A stretch of 64,000 nt of DNA, taken from Eledone cirrhosa. Its lineage: Eukaryota. Shown piece after piece: positions 28,359 to 45,297 of the stretch; position 1 is the first letter of the stretch, and each line of letters opens with the position of its first letter. Location of the stretch: contig OZ024742.1 of NCBI GenBank assembly GCA_964016885.1, forward strand, positions 107,756,001-107,820,000. Direction: 5' to 3'. The position numbers were made by a program, and so were the translations under genes. A model generated the notes under the pieces. The model saw only the letters and a list, made by a program, of their open reading frames with translations. It was not told the DNA's origin and did no database searches.

Positions 28359-28790
28359 GACAGTTGGAATCTACTGGGAAAAGAAACCGGGCGACATCTT
28401 AATTTACCGAGATATTATCACAAAATCGGCAGTTCATATATATCAACCACATTCACAAATACACACATGCACACACACACAACATACAGGCATACTGAAA
28501 ACATGCACATATACATATGCTAATTAATCTTAGGCACATTGCCTCGTATTTTGGGGGAAGGTATAATATATTATATCGATAGATGGCGTGACTGGTCCTT
28601 ATATCACCAGCCCGTGAAGTATGAAAGGCAAAGTCGACAGTGACGTTATATACACTCAACTGAAATGTAGGCAACCAAATAACGCAAGGCAATTTGAAAA
28701 TTACTCCACATTACGCTCTTCCATCATAGAATTTACATCACATATATTATTGTATATTATACGATACATACATACAAACATACCTACATA

Positions 28791-29022
<232 letters not shown>

Positions 29023-29251
29023 CTTTGCAAGCTTTATGATATGAAATCCTGTGTCGAAACCAATATTGTTATACTTGGGGAGGGTCATATTGTTGTAATA
29101 TTGCCAGAAATAATAACAGAACACACTCACTGTTTGGTTGGTTTTCGCTTCTGTATCTTTTATATCTCCATAGTTAATTTATTTGGCAATCAATGTTTAT
29201 CATTGATTGACCAGCGGTTAAAAATACAGATATAAATATATATATATAGTC

Positions 29252-29296
29252 TATCAAAGTTCTTTCGTTGCACATCTGCAAACATCATCAGTGGTA
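29252..29296 (-). ncRNA. Type I hammerhead motif in a solo Penelope-like terminus (29020-29340)
   Basis: UACCA-CUGAUGA-U-GUUUGCA gaug UGCAAC-GAAA-GAAC-UU|UGAUA; flanks match 38440-39120. Confidence 0.7.
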
Positions 29297-29338
29297 CTAT
29301 TATGTTCCTCCTGTTGTATTGTATGTCTATGCCATTTT

Positions 29339-29437
<99 letters not shown>

Positions 29438-29446
29438 TATATATAA

Positions 29447-29513
<67 letters not shown>

Positions 29514-29688
29514 TAGTATTATATATATATATATATATAATACTATATATATATATATACATATATATATATAATACTATATATGTTCATATATTATACT
29601 ATATATATATATATATAAATTATATATATATATATATAATACTATATATATATATATACATTTAAACATATATATATATACATATATT

Positions 29689-29741
<53 letters not shown>

Positions 29742-30221
29742 TATACTATATATATATATATGTATATTATACTATATATATATATATGTATATTATACTA
29801 TATATATATATATGTATATTATACTATATATATATATATTATACTATACACACACACATATATATATATATTGTATTCGTCTTATTCGGGAAAGCTCTGG
29901 TAATGAGGTAATTATATTGTATTGTTTATTATACATTAAATTTAGCTCTGTAACTTACATAGAGCACTCTTCACTCCTATGACTTTTTGAATTTTCAACG
30001 GAAACTTCAATACTTCAATCTGTATTTTTAACCGTTGGTCAATCAATGATAAACATTGATTGCCAAATGAATTAACTATGGAGATATAAAAGATACAGAA
30101 GCGAAAACCAACCCCAACCAAACTGTGGGTGTGTTCTATTATTATTTCTGACAATATTATAACAATACTTCATTCAACAAACGATTTCATATCAAAAACC
30201 TTGCGAAACAAATTCATATAA

Positions 30222-30327
<106 letters not shown>

Positions 30328-30424
30328 CGAAGGAATTGTGGTAAGGAACCAGATGGACCATAATGCACCAGATTACTCAATACTCAGGGTAGTAGAGTGG
30401 GAAATAGGAAAAAGTCATACTTTT

Positions 30425-30626
<202 letters not shown>

Positions 30627-30631
30627 CATAC

Positions 30632-30662
<31 letters not shown>

Positions 30663-30782
30663 CATACTATATATATATATTATACTATATGTATATATAT
30701 ATATATATATATGAATTTGTTTTGCAAGGTTTATATATATATATATTTGCAAGGTTAATATATATTTATATATATATATATC

Positions 30783-30816
<34 letters not shown>

Positions 30817-30918
30817 TTATCATATATATATATATTATGTATATATATATATATATATTATGTATATATATAGACATAATATATATATATATACAAATAT
30901 ATATATATATTATCTGTT

Positions 30919-30969
<51 letters not shown>

Positions 30970-31184
30970 GCTTTTTAATATACATCTTTCCCGCCCACAA
31001 AACAAAAAAAAAAGACAGGGGTCCGTTCAAATTACGTTCCCTTTCTTTGGATCAAATCACATCAATAACATTGTAAATAATAAGTTTTTTTATATACACC
31101 CGTATTTACACCCTCGAGACAGCTGAATACACACACAAAACTCATCCACCTATATATATATACATATAATATATATATATGTTA

Positions 31185-31399
<215 letters not shown>

Positions 31400-31425
31400 T
31401 ATGTATATATAGATATATGTATATA

Positions 31426-31613
<188 letters not shown>

Positions 31614-31615
31614 TG

Positions 31616-31690
<75 letters not shown>

Positions 31691-31733
31691 GTATATATAT
31701 ATGTATATATATATATATGTATATATATATATG

Positions 31734-31782
<49 letters not shown>

Positions 31783-31821
31783 GTATATATATATGTATAT
31801 ATATATATATATGTATATATG

Positions 31822-31945
<124 letters not shown>

Positions 31946-31961
31946 TATCTATATATATATC

Positions 31962-32010
<49 letters not shown>

Positions 32011-32019
32011 GTATATATG

Positions 32020-32051
<32 letters not shown>

Positions 32052-32055
32052 CATA

Positions 32056-32110
<55 letters not shown>

Positions 32111-32115
32111 GTATG

Positions 32116-32211
<96 letters not shown>

Positions 32212-32212
32212 C

Positions 32213-32325
<113 letters not shown>

Positions 32326-32327
32326 CA

Positions 32328-32507
<180 letters not shown>

Positions 32508-32533
32508 TATATACATATATCTATATATACATA

Positions 32534-32582
<49 letters not shown>

Positions 32583-32587
32583 GTATG

Positions 32588-32674
<87 letters not shown>

Positions 32675-32675
32675 G

Positions 32676-32707
<32 letters not shown>

Positions 32708-32712
32708 CATAT

Positions 32713-32747
<35 letters not shown>

Positions 32748-32788
32748 CATATATACATATATATACATATATATATATACATATATAC

Positions 32789-32837
<49 letters not shown>

Positions 32838-32844
32838 CATATAC

Positions 32845-32968
<124 letters not shown>

Positions 32969-33337
32969 CAAATGATGAATTTTTACGCGAAAATGTGACG
33001 GAACTTTGTTCTGGAATCGAAACTCCCATCTGCTATAGATCAGGCAACAGTAAAAACCACAATGCGAAGATGAATCGACAGATTACAACCTGAAAATTGT
33101 CGTATGTGAAAATGTCTTGGATTAAAATTCAAATTTATTTCATAGTCATACCAAATGGCAACCAATTAACTGATGAACGAATCAATTTCGATTTCCTCGT
33201 TTACTGCAAGAGCTTTTGTCCATATTTCCACTGGTATATATCACGTAATTAAAATTGAATCATTTACATTTATCACAAAAATCATAACAATTACACACAC
33301 ACACATATATATATACATATATATACATATATACATA

Positions 33338-33423
<86 letters not shown>

Positions 33424-33523
33424 TATATAGTAATAATAATAAATTTGAAGAATATATATATATATATACACATGCACAAACACGTATGTTTAATTTAAGT
33501 ATACATATATTTATACACTTTAA

Positions 33524-33611
<88 letters not shown>

Positions 33612-33890
33612 GTATATATATATATATATGTATATATATATGTATATATATATATATATATATGTGTGTATATATATATGTGTGTATATATATATGTGTG
33701 TATATATGTGTATATATATACATTGTGCTGATATGTGTAAATGTGTATTAGTAATCCTATATATGTTTGCTTGATATTTTCTTGAATTGCATTTCTTTCT
33801 CTTTTTTTAAATAAATTATTCAGATTTTTCTCAACTCATATATATTTATTGAGATTATATTGGTTCATTTCAATTGATAATATATTGGAA

Positions 33891-34018
33891 TCAATAAGAA
33901 GTCGTTAAATTCTCTGTGACGCTATCTGATGAAGGAATTTCATATAAGACCACTTCTTGATCTTCCAAATCTCGTTCTTTACTTTTATGAATACCATATC
34001 CAAAATATACTAAAAGAC
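33891..34018 (-). CDS. SLC7 cationic amino-acid transporter, last coding exon (not in ORF track)
   Basis: Polypyrimidine tract + TTGCAG acceptor; phase-1 join gives G-LLVYFGYGIHKSKERDLEDQEVVLYEIPSSDSVTENLTTSY*. The YFGYG..S motif is typical of the CAT C-terminal helix. Confidence 0.92.
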
Positions 34019-34168
34019 CTGCAAATAGAGAGAAGAAAGAAATGTGTAAGGCATTAAGTATATGTTATATATTAAACATTCAATTGTTTATGGTATATAA
34101 TTGATCATCTCTTTTTTAATATTTGCGATAATAACTTTCCTAGAACAATAAAAATCCATCCATACATA

Positions 34169-34276
<108 letters not shown>

Positions 34277-34371
34277 GTAGTACACTGGAAGGTAATATCC
34301 GTAGTGGTAGAGCACTCAGTCCATGGGACGAGTTAGGTAGAATTAGTTACACAACAGTTAGTTCACCATAC

Positions 34372-34409
34372 CGAGAACAATTGTTTCACATTATCGGATC
34401 CTCAGCTCG
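34372..34409 (-). ncRNA. Minimal type I hammerhead motif (weak stem II) abutting a perfect 40-bp palindrome (34405-34444)
   Basis: CGAG-CUGAGGA-UCCGAUAAUGU-GAAA-CAAUUG-UU|CUCG; palindromic stem III CAAUUG. Confidence 0.55.
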
Positions 34410-34539
34410 TAATGGACATGGTTATAACCATGTCCATTACGAGCATGCAACTTTGTTGAAAAATTATTTATAATAATATAATAAAATTATTTATAATAAT
34501 ATAATTTAGCTCCGTACTTAACAAAGAGCACTGTTTACG

Positions 34540-35070
34540 TTTTCTATTTGTCTTCAGCTGCTGGATCTACGACACCAAGATATGGTCACCGCGCACTGTC
34601 AAATTAACTGCGGAACTTGAAGCAATTCAATGAAGCTATGCCAAAATATTGCCTCAATGAAGGAAATTAGCTACTACATAGTAGAGGCTAAACAAATAAA
34701 ACTCTTCTTCTTGGAGCGAATACGGGAGAGATATGCAGTAATACACACACACACACACATATATATATGGAAGATCCCAGAAGGGCTAGCACCAAACTTT
34801 GTCATTGTGAGTTGAACCAATCAGGACGTCACTGCGTAGTGCCAAAGGTTCCATCCTCCACATGAAGAGTAAGGACCATATACTACAATAGGGTAGATTT
34901 CAAGTTCTCCCAGATCTTTAATATACTGCAAAAAACTCTGAGAGAACGACATAAAGGTGGGTGAAGATGTTTTCAAGAGGCATCTGCTAGCTAAGACCTC
35001 AGACCAGTCCTCCCCCGCAAGAAGCACAAATATACAAATGAAGACGGTAGTGTCAAACGCACTCATACAT
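34540..35070 (+). mobile_element. Decayed CR1/L2-like LINE 3' fragment
   Basis: IWSP-like and LERIRERYAVI...IWKI segments resemble CR1-group ORF2 C-termini. Confidence 0.5.
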
Positions 35071-35819
35071 TAATGGCCCGCCGAGGAAAGATGGCTATAG
35101 AAAATGTACAATAGCAGTGCCTTTGGATTTGAACAGGTAAAAGATAATTTCCCTTTAACTGTCATATTAACCTCAATAATGTTCATATAGTATTCATTAG
35201 AGAGCGGTCTGTTGTGACGTAGCAGAACAGTTATTTTTAGCGGTAGTAATATCAACTCTTCAAAATATTCCATACGTAGTCATTAATTGACTCCACTATC
35301 TGCCATGTACGATTGACTTTAATGTATATTTGTAATATTTATTTTCGTTTAAACTGCTTTTGAAGATGGTGTGGTATAACCTTTTGGAATGTTTTTTTTT
35401 TCTATACTCACACAAGTTACATGTAAGATCATATTTGTAACTAAATGTGTAATGATAGAACATTAAACTAATGTAGAATTTCGATACCATCTTTCTATTT
35501 GCTTATATATGTTCCGTGTTTACGTCTTTCCATACCTTTTTCCATAAAAGCATTTCTTACTCTTTCAACCAATACTACATAAACACATTGAGGCTCACTC
35601 TGACAATATATAGCAATTATATACTCTCATATATAGCTTTCTACATACAAATTGAGATATATATTGTCTTACCCTTGCTATATATATATATATGTGTAAT
35701 TTGGAAGAATCAAGCTATCTTAAAAGCACACGCAATCTAAGAATTTCAATTCAGTTTTTATTATTAGCAAAGAAAGCTGGTATTTTTGCCATATGTAAAA
35801 AAAAATATTAACCAGGAAA

Positions 35820-37230
35820 GAGGGCGATGAAATGTCAGTATCTGTAGAGTGTCGGACAACATGCTTTGTTGTATATAGTTACGGCTTTTTTTGTTCTGAG
35901 TTCAAATTTCACCGAGGTTAACCTTTGTCTTTCATCTTGCGGCGTCGATAAAAATAAGTACCAGTAACGTACTGGGGTCGATTTAATCGACCTTCTCCTT
36001 TCCTTCAAATTGCTGGTCTTTTGCAAAAAGTAGAAGCAATTATTAACTAGGAAAAGAGGGTGTTGTATTGGCAGTATCAGTAGGGGGTCAGACATAATGC
36101 TTTGCGTTACTTAATTACGACTTTCGAAGTTCAAATGCCACTGTGGTCAACTTTGCCTTTTATCCACTCGGGGTCGATAAAGTAAAGTACTAGTTAAATA
36201 CTGTTGTCGATATAATCGACTTTTCCCTCCTCTCAAAATTACTGACCACGTGTTAATGTTAAAAAAAGTTTCAAAGATTATTAATCAGGAAAAGTGTGGT
36301 TGATTGGTAGAATCGTTAGAGCATCTGAAAAAATGCTTTGTGGTATATCTTCCGGCTCTTTACGTTCTTAGATCAGATCTCACTGAAGTCTTTCTTTCAT
36401 CCGAGATCGATAAAATAAAGCACTAGTCAAGTATTGGTATTTATTTAATCGTCTGTCCCTCTCCTCCCAAATTGCCGGCCTTGTACCAAAATTAGAAATA
36501 ATTTAAAATCAGGGAATTAATCCATCTACCAGTTGGTTACTCAACCACTTATTAACCTAATTATCAAAGCTTTATCATCACACATTTTGTGAGTTTCTCA
36601 ATGATAGATAGCGCCATATATTAAAGATCATAGAATATATACGGTAGAGTAGGCCTTTTCAATAAAATCAGTTGCTTATATACGTTAACACTATCCATTT
36701 GTTACCATTACTTCTTGGGGGATGTTTTGACGCATAGAGTTATGGCCCTTGCCATTCTGAGTTCAAATCCCGCCGAGGTTAACTTTGCCTTTCATCCTTA
36801 TGGGGTCGGGGTCGATAAAATAAAGTACCAGTAATACACTGGATAATTGCTGGCCTTGTGCCAAAAGTAGAAACAATTATTTCTTGGGGGATTGGCAGTA
36901 TCAGTAGAAGGTCGGACACTATGCTTTCCAGCATGGTTACGTCCCTTTACGGTCTGAGTTCAAATCCCGCCAAGGTTAACTTTGCCTTTCATCCTTACAG
37001 GGTAGAAAAAATAAAGTACCAGTAATGCACTGGGTAATTGCTGGCCTTGTGCCAAAAATAGAAACAATTATTTCTAGATTCCAGATTAAGGCAGTGAAGT
37101 GACAGAGTCGTTAGAATAAAAGATTTCACGGTATTTGTTTCGCTGCGGTACATGCTGTACACGAAATATTCTTTGCTTTTGACTCTTGTGATGGGGGGTA
37201 ATTAAAGTCCCAGTCACATACTGGGGTCAA
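35820..37230 (+). mobile_element. SINE family 1 cluster (head-to-tail copies 35820-36500, 36755-37075)
   Basis: Repeated A/B box and body units of ~190-235 bp. Confidence 0.85.
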
Positions 37231-38020
37231 TTCTCTATCTGTGTATTTCTATATCCCTATCATTCACCCCTCACTCACTCGTTCTTGAAGAAATTGTTTG
37301 TGTTCTAGAGAGGGAGGGCTCCACTAGGCTTAAATGTCCAAACACGGGATGATAATGGCTCATGCCTTGATGAATGGATGGTATAGCACACGTTTTAAAA
37401 ATGGAGGCTTTGTTGCTTATGTACGTTAAACTCATTGATTTATTATTATTATTATTTCCTGTTAATCTCTTTTGTTTAAAATTCAAAAATAGAGTTCTCT
37501 TAAGGAGATGCGTCACTTAAACCGTCGATACATTTAGCCGGCTATATATCTTCAAACTCGGCTATTTCAGACACCTAATTGCTCTTCCGATTATTTAAGC
37601 ATTAATTTTATTATACTTCATTCTTTCCAATTTTCTAGTAGGAAGAGCAAGTAGTGTTCGAAAATAAACCTTTTTTTTTTTAATTGAATATCGTGTCTCA
37701 ATTAGAACATACCAACATAACTAATGCAGTAAACAACACGCGCAAAATGATTTATATAACTAATAAAACAGTCTTTGAAAGTTTTATCGATTTGTTTTTA
37801 GATTTTAAAGCTATCCCCACTGGCTGGCTGAGCAGACACACATATATTTTCCAGTCCAGATTAACATCAATGGAGAACGTTTAAACTTTGAAAATAACCT
37901 AATTCATTATAGCCAAAAAAGCAACCCTGTAATTCATGTCTCCGAATCTTTAAGCACAGACACAGACACACAGACACACACACACACACGCACACACACG
38001 CACACACACACACACGCACG

Positions 38021-38062
<42 letters not shown>

Positions 38063-38429
38063 GACACACAGACACAGACACACGCAGACACACACACGTG
38101 TGTATGTGCGTGTATGTATGTTGCTTACTGTCTCTTTTCAGAATTACCGTCTATAAATTTTCAGTAACGAAGATAGATTTACGAAACAATCGTTGGACTA
38201 ATCGCTGCTGTCATGCACATAAAGCTCTCTGAAACCATTGGTCCATGAAATTACTTGTTTGCAATTGGGACAGTTGACAGGAAGAGGATTAGCCCGATAG
38301 CAATACATCATACTCATTAGCGTTTCTCATTATAACATCGCTAATACCCACATGTCATGATAGTCACTGGTCTTTTTAATGTCTTTTAAATAATTGGCGT
38401 TAATGACGCAGGATATTATGGAGAAGTGT

Positions 38430-41400
38430 ATAATTATAAGTTATATTTGGGGAGGGTCATATTGTTATAATATTGCCAGAAATAAAAATTGTTTCTACTT
38501 TTGGCACAAGGCCAGCAATTATTCCAGTGCATTACTGATACTTTATTTTATCGATCCCGTAAGGATGAAAGGTATAGTTAACCTCGGCGGGATTTGAACT
38601 CAGACCATAAAGGGGCGTAACTCTATGCTGCAAAGCATGGCAGCCGACCTTCTACTGATACTGCCAATCTCCCGCCAGAAATAATTGTTTCTTACATAGG
38701 TACAAGGCCAGCAATTTTGAGGGAGGGGAAAGTTGATTAAATCGACCCCAGTGCGTGACTGGTACTTTATTTTATCGACCCCGTAAGGATGAAAGGCAAA
38801 GTTATCCTCGGCGGGATTTGAACTCAGATCATAAAGGACCGTAACTCTATGCTGCAAAGCATTGCATCCGACCTTCTACCGATACTGCCAATCTTCTGCC
38901 AGAAATAATAATAATACACACTCACTGTTTGGTTTAGATTGGTTTTCGCTTCAGTATGTTGTATATCCCTATAATTTAGCTGGCAATCAATGTTTATCAT
39001 TGACTGACTAACGGTTAAAAATATAGATATACATATATATATAGTTTTTCTAAGTTCTTTCATCACACACCTGTGACATCTTCAGTGGTACTATTATGTT
39101 TCATACCATTGTATTGTAATGTCCATTACATTTTTATTTTTATTTATTTATTCTTGTCTGTGTTTGCGCATGCGTTTGTTTGTGTGTTTTCTGCTTGGTG
39201 TGTGTTCGTGTCTGTGTTTGTATTCTATCTTTGTTCACTAGTGTGTGTTTATGTGTAGTTGTTGTTATTGTATCAGTGTATATTATTTATATATTTACTT
39301 ATATTTATCTTAGGTCACTATTGTATGTTTGTTTATGGTTGTTATTGTTATTTCATTTATTTTTTCTGTTCAATTTCTATATTGTCTCTATTACCACCAT
39401 GTCTTTGTCTGGCGTGGTCATATAGTATCGAACCGTCTTTTTGTCCTTTTAGTTCACCCCAGTGTTGATCTAATCCCTCCCCTATGCTCCGAGCTGTCTC
39501 GCCTATGTATGTCGTTGTCATGTTTCTGCAAGTACCCTCTGTACATCTTATGCTATAGACTACATTTCTAGTTTTACAATTTATTTGTGGATTTATTCTT
39601 CATTTCTTATTAGTACAGTGGGTTTTCTTAAAGGGGTATATTCCGCTGATCGGGATTTTATGATAGTTCCTGGCTTTTCTACCACTTTAATCTTTAAATT
39701 CGTCTTTCTTAGGGCCTTTCTAAATTCACCTCCAGGGGTTGCATCCACGAACATGACACTCTGGTATCTCTGGTTGTCGTACTATGAAGTGGCTTTCCCT
39801 ATCTTATGTTTAGTCCTATCTGCGCTGTTCTATGATTTGTTACTATACAATGAGCAAATCCCTGTCATGTCCATCTCTATGAGGGTCTTATATTTCTCCG
39901 TGGCTCCTTTGTACACCCTGATTCTGTCTCTTTGGTTGTAGCCAGAGAACTGCATGTGATTGATGAAGTATTGTATGTGTCTTTCCTGTTAAGTTGGATC
40001 GCACATGCGGGACACATTCTTCATCACTCTTACCAAGTCTGCGATCAGAATATTAAACTTAGTACTATTGGACATCGCTGAGTTTTTGTGTATAAGGTAT
40101 CTGGAGGCCATATGTTTAGCATAATGTGAGTAGAGAATTCTCGTTTATAGTGTTTAACCAGAGTTCTGTGTCCAATACTGGTAGTCTATTGTTAGGATGT
40201 TTGGAAGGGTAGTCGATAGTTACTGTTAGACTCTGGTGTATGGAATTAGCTATCCGCTGAATGCCCTCCATTGCGTTAGTTTCTAATTCGGGTTTATTGG
40301 TACTCTACTATTGGTGTTTTTATAACTACATCGATATCATCTACGTAACGAGAGTACATGAAGAGTTCTAGGAGTTATCTGAGTCTCCTTTTCAACCATA
40401 CCATAAATAGGTTGGCAACGTCACAGCTATGCTTACGCCAATGGCTGCTCCCTCATTCTGGGTGTAAATTTTCTCATTAAATTTAAACATGTGGCCCTTT
40501 AGGGTAGTTTTAATACTAGCCTCTACTGCATGTGTGATCATTTTTCTCACCTGATTGTTGTTCTTGGGTGTCCATATGGCTCTGGTCCATCCATTCTATC
40601 TTCCTATGGGAGTCTTTTTAGTCATTGAAGCTATGGTGGGAGGTCTACCCCTTATTCGCCTGCTGGAGCAGAAACTGCTAAGGTTATAATTATTTAAGTA
40701 CTCACTGTCACATGTAAGTCTAAGTAGGAGGCCCAGCTCATCCATGTCAACGTTGCAGAACTCTACCTCACTCTCACTGAATATTTCCACACATTTTCCC
40801 ACAGCAAAATCTATGTCGATGGATGTGCACAGGGACACTACATCCATATTGCCTATTATGCAGTTTGTTAATTCTTCGTTGTTGTCGCAGTTATTAATTC
40901 TGCTGAGAAGGTCCTCTGTGCTGTCACATACATCTGGGGACATCTTAATTATGGGGCGTACAGTCATAGAGAGGAAGTAGGAGATCCTGTACTTGCTAGC
41001 AATATTGGCTCCGCATACAGGTTTTGGTGGTCCTGTTATAGGGTCGTTAGTTGTTTTATGGTCTTTGCGGGGCCCATACAAGGGTAGTATGTCATTGTTA
41101 GAGGCTTGGAAATTATTGGCTGTGGGTCTACTTGGTTTTAGGATGTTGGTCCATATCATCATGTAAAAATTGAGGATCTTTTCTCTTTCTTCATGTGTCT
41201 GTGGTGTTGTTTCGCTCGTGTTGATGATGTGGGGTTGCATAGCCTTGATATAGTTCGACATGCTATCTATTGATATCCTACCGGATTTATCTGTGGGTAG
41301 ACACACTACCTCCCCATCCCTTGTGGCCTGCATGAGGCTAAGTAGGCCTTCTATAGGTTTTCTTCAAAGTTGTTGAATCTCTGGTCTGTTTTGTCTCTTA

Positions 41401-42085
41401 GTATATTGGTCTACTATCTAAGTTTATTTCTAGCTATGGTGAACTGTGCTTCTGTTTGGTCATCTATTTGTTGTTGCATAGAAACTCCTTTATTAAAGGG
41501 TAATTTAGTGGGGTAAATTTTGTTCATCTTGTATGTTTTAACAGCTGGATTGAAGAACAGGTTCTCTAAGGGATTGTCATTAAATCTACCGTTATACTTG
41601 TGTGTACTATTATTGTTGTTATTATAGTTGTTATTTTCCCTGCTGTTATCATTGATACTGCTATTTCTATTATTGTGGTTGTTTGTTACATGCATTGTTA
41701 TGTCTATTGCTGCTGTTATTGTTCTCTCTATTGTTATCGTTGTTATTCCTGCTATTTCTATTATTATTATTTCTATCACACCTGCTATCATTGTTGTTAT
41801 TGTTACGGCTACTATTATTATTATTATAGCCATTATTTCTATAGTTGTTATTGTTGTTGTTTACGTTACCACTTTCGTTGTTAAAACCATTATTACCCAA
41901 TATAAGAAACCATTATTATTGCCATTCGTATTGTGGTTATTTTTTACTGGGTTTACCTTGTTATATATAGTGAACTTTGGTGGTATTTGTAGAATATGTT
42001 GTTTTTCTTCGTTGGTTGTAGTGTTACTATAGATGTTTAGTGTATAGTCTTTGGTAAACTCTAGGTAATATGACATCTGCTATAT
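38430..42085 (-). mobile_element. Penelope-like element (same family as 21940-23435), decayed, with a SINE dimer nested at 38485-38905
   Basis: PTDKSG, LYGPRKDHK, MDVVSL (RT N-part), SRYVDDID (~40335-40355), VVYSIRCTEG and YIGETARSIG (39480-39570); Asn-rich 5' region. Confidence 0.88.
39047..39090 (-). ncRNA. Hammerhead motif in the Penelope 3' terminal region (stem I decayed)
   Basis: UACCA-CUGAAGA-U-GUCACA ggug UGUGAU-GAAA-GAAC-UU|AGAA. Confidence 0.6.
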
Positions 42086-42199
42086 ATTGTCAATCTTGTC
42101 GGGGTATTTTTGTAAGTTTTCTTGTTTCTTTTCTTGTTGTTTTATGTCCTTGAGAGATCTTAATTTTTTTATTAAAATGTTTTTTACATTCGCTTTGAG

Positions 42200-42850
42200 C
42201 GTATTTTGAGGCCCTAAGAAAGACGCATTTAAAGATTAAAGTGGTAGAAAAGCCAGGAACTACCATAAAATCCCTGGTCAGCAAAACACCCCTTTCAGAA
42301 AACCCACTCTACTAATAAGAAATGTGTTATATGTAGAATAAATCCACAAATAAATTGTAAAACTAGAAATGCAGTCTATTGCAGGCATGTCAAACATATG
42401 GTTTTTACAGCGCGAACATGTTTTATCTTCGTAATATAAAATAAAAAGAATAGTTGTAATCTGCGCAATTAATTGTCGTGTGTGGCCCTCAGACAACACA
42501 TGTGACCCATGTGGCCCTCGGGAGACCCTCAGTTTGACATGCCTGGTATATAGCTTAAGATGTACAGAGGGTACATCCGAGTGTAACGCATACGCAAACC
42601 AAGCACACAGCACACAAAAACAAGATGGTGTAGGACAGAACAAATGAGAGATAGAAAATAAGAAACCAGTCACTGAGGAGGTCACAGAATGTGTGACGAA
42701 AGAGCTTTGACAATATTAAAAAAAAAAAAAACGATTATTGAACTAACCAACCAGCCAACCAGAAATTTATAATAAATAGAAGTGAAAACCAACAGGTGCG
42801 CGTGTTTTTATTGGCAGCATGGCCCTCCCAAATTATAACCATAGACATAT
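42200..42850 (+). mobile_element. Inverted pseudo-LTR (3'-end copy) at the 5' side of the Penelope-like element
   Basis: 42208-42380 is the reverse complement of ~39555-39718 and carries the same hammerhead as 39047-39090. Confidence 0.75.
42669..42711 (+). ncRNA. Best-preserved minimal type I hammerhead ribozyme motif
   Basis: GUCA-CUGAGGA-G-GUCACA gaaug UGUGAC-GAAA-GAGC-UU|UGAC; stems I 4/4 and II 6/6; predicted cleavage after 42707. Confidence 0.78.
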
Positions 42851-43134
42851 ATATAAACACACACACACACACATTAGAACTTTTCATCAGTTGCGACCAC
42901 CAGATAATATCAACAATGGGAAGACCAATGGAAACATCGATTACCTACGATCAGTTCCTCTCGTTCCTTTATATGTTGATAGACACGACGATTAGTAGGG
43001 CTGCAAAGGTCTACACAGTGTATACCAGCATTGATTAAATGTTAGCGTATTCAAAATATTTACACATTTAAGGGCTCAGTCCATCTAGCTGTAAAAAACG
43101 TACTTCATGTCATAGTGAATAACTGCTGAAAATA

Positions 43135-43318
43135 ACTGTTTCTACTTTTGGCACAAGGCCAGCAATTACCCAGTAAATTACTGGTACTTCATTTTATCGA
43201 CCCCGTAAGGATGAAAGGCAAAGTTGACCTCGGCGGGATTTGAACTCAGAATGGAAAGGGCCGTAACTCTATGCGTCAAAGCATGATGTCTGACCCTCTA
43301 CCCATACTGCCAATCCTG
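43135..43318 (-). mobile_element. SINE family 1 copy
   Basis: Same body and B box as the other copies. Confidence 0.85.
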
Positions 43319-43723
43319 TAAATAACAACAGCAGCCAAGGAAACAACAATAATAGCAACCCCCCAAAAAAATCAACAAAAAAGAACCCAACTAAAAAACA
43401 AATAAGAAAACAACAGCAATACCAACAGCAATAGCAATAGTAACAACAGCAACAACAGCAACAACAAATTCAGCAACACGAACAACAAAAGCAGCGGCTT
43501 CAAATTATACAATTATCGGGGAGTTTTAGTAGAGTACACATCAAATTAAATTTTCTCACTTTGGCTATACGAGTCTCACTAAATGAGAATCCTGTTTCTC
43601 ATGAACATAACTATTACGATGGAGTCTCTCTTCACCACATCAATTATATCACTTTCATGTCGATATATATATATATATATATATGTCGAAACGGCCGGAG
43701 CTCAGCTGTTGGGGTCCTGACTC

Positions 43724-43832
<109 letters not shown>

Positions 43833-44079
43833 TATATAGGAGAAAGTATGATCCCGACGGCAGAGCTCAAGCCGTTTCGACGGCTATTTCTGAGTCCAGA
43901 AACAACACAGTACCTTCGAAATATATATAATAAAACATATATTTTGATTATGTGAATGTCTTCATTTATTAATATTTAGAATAATATTAATAACTCCAGA
44001 AAACTTAACTGTAGAGTGCTTTTAAATCTATTGTAAAACTATATTCATTGAGTAATCAATGAACCATATTGATCTTTGG

Positions 44080-44129
<50 letters not shown>

Positions 44130-44338
44130 TTTGAAACAGCGCTGTCTGACATTCTCAGAGCATACTGGATGTTTGTGGTGTAATTACAGGAAAATAGAGA
44201 AAAAAATTTTTTTTCGTTTCGTTACGAAAAATATTTTTCTTCGGAAGCGTGGCTACCCATATGTCTATTGTATATAAACATAAGACATATGTTTCTATGT
44301 TTTCATGTACCTCTCTTTCCCTCCCCCCTCTCTCTCTC

Positions 44339-44440
<102 letters not shown>

Positions 44441-44565
44441 AAAATTTATCCCGGGTTCAATCGGGGGTAACCACAGTAAGTAAGGTACTCAATACATAGC
44501 AGAGTATAAACATTCAATATAGAAATGGCTTCTACAGGATTAGAACCGTTTCATCCGGGAGAAAT

Positions 44566-44825
<260 letters not shown>

Positions 44826-44900
44826 GAAGGAAATGTGGTAAGGAACCAGATGAACCATAACGCACCAAAGTACTCAATACTTAGAGTAGTAGAGTGGGTA

Positions 44901-45136
<236 letters not shown>

Positions 45137-45150
45137 TACATATATATATA

Positions 45151-45185
<35 letters not shown>

Positions 45186-45232
45186 GTTATCATATACATA
45201 AAATTAAATCAAAGATATATAGACATGATTTA

Positions 45233-45297
<65 letters not shown>

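Noticed and set aside
33920-33960. CTGATGA resembling a hammerhead core
   Set aside because: It is the antisense of codons in the SLC7 last exon, with no stem II or GAAA partner.
37867-37935. GCFFGY segment as a candidate SLC7 last exon
   Set aside because: The required phase-1 join hits a stop within a few codons; 33891-34018 fits phase and motif.
41414-42032. Hydrophobic or Asn-rich ORFs
   Set aside because: Trinucleotide-rich low-complexity 5' part of the Penelope-like element, not a host gene.
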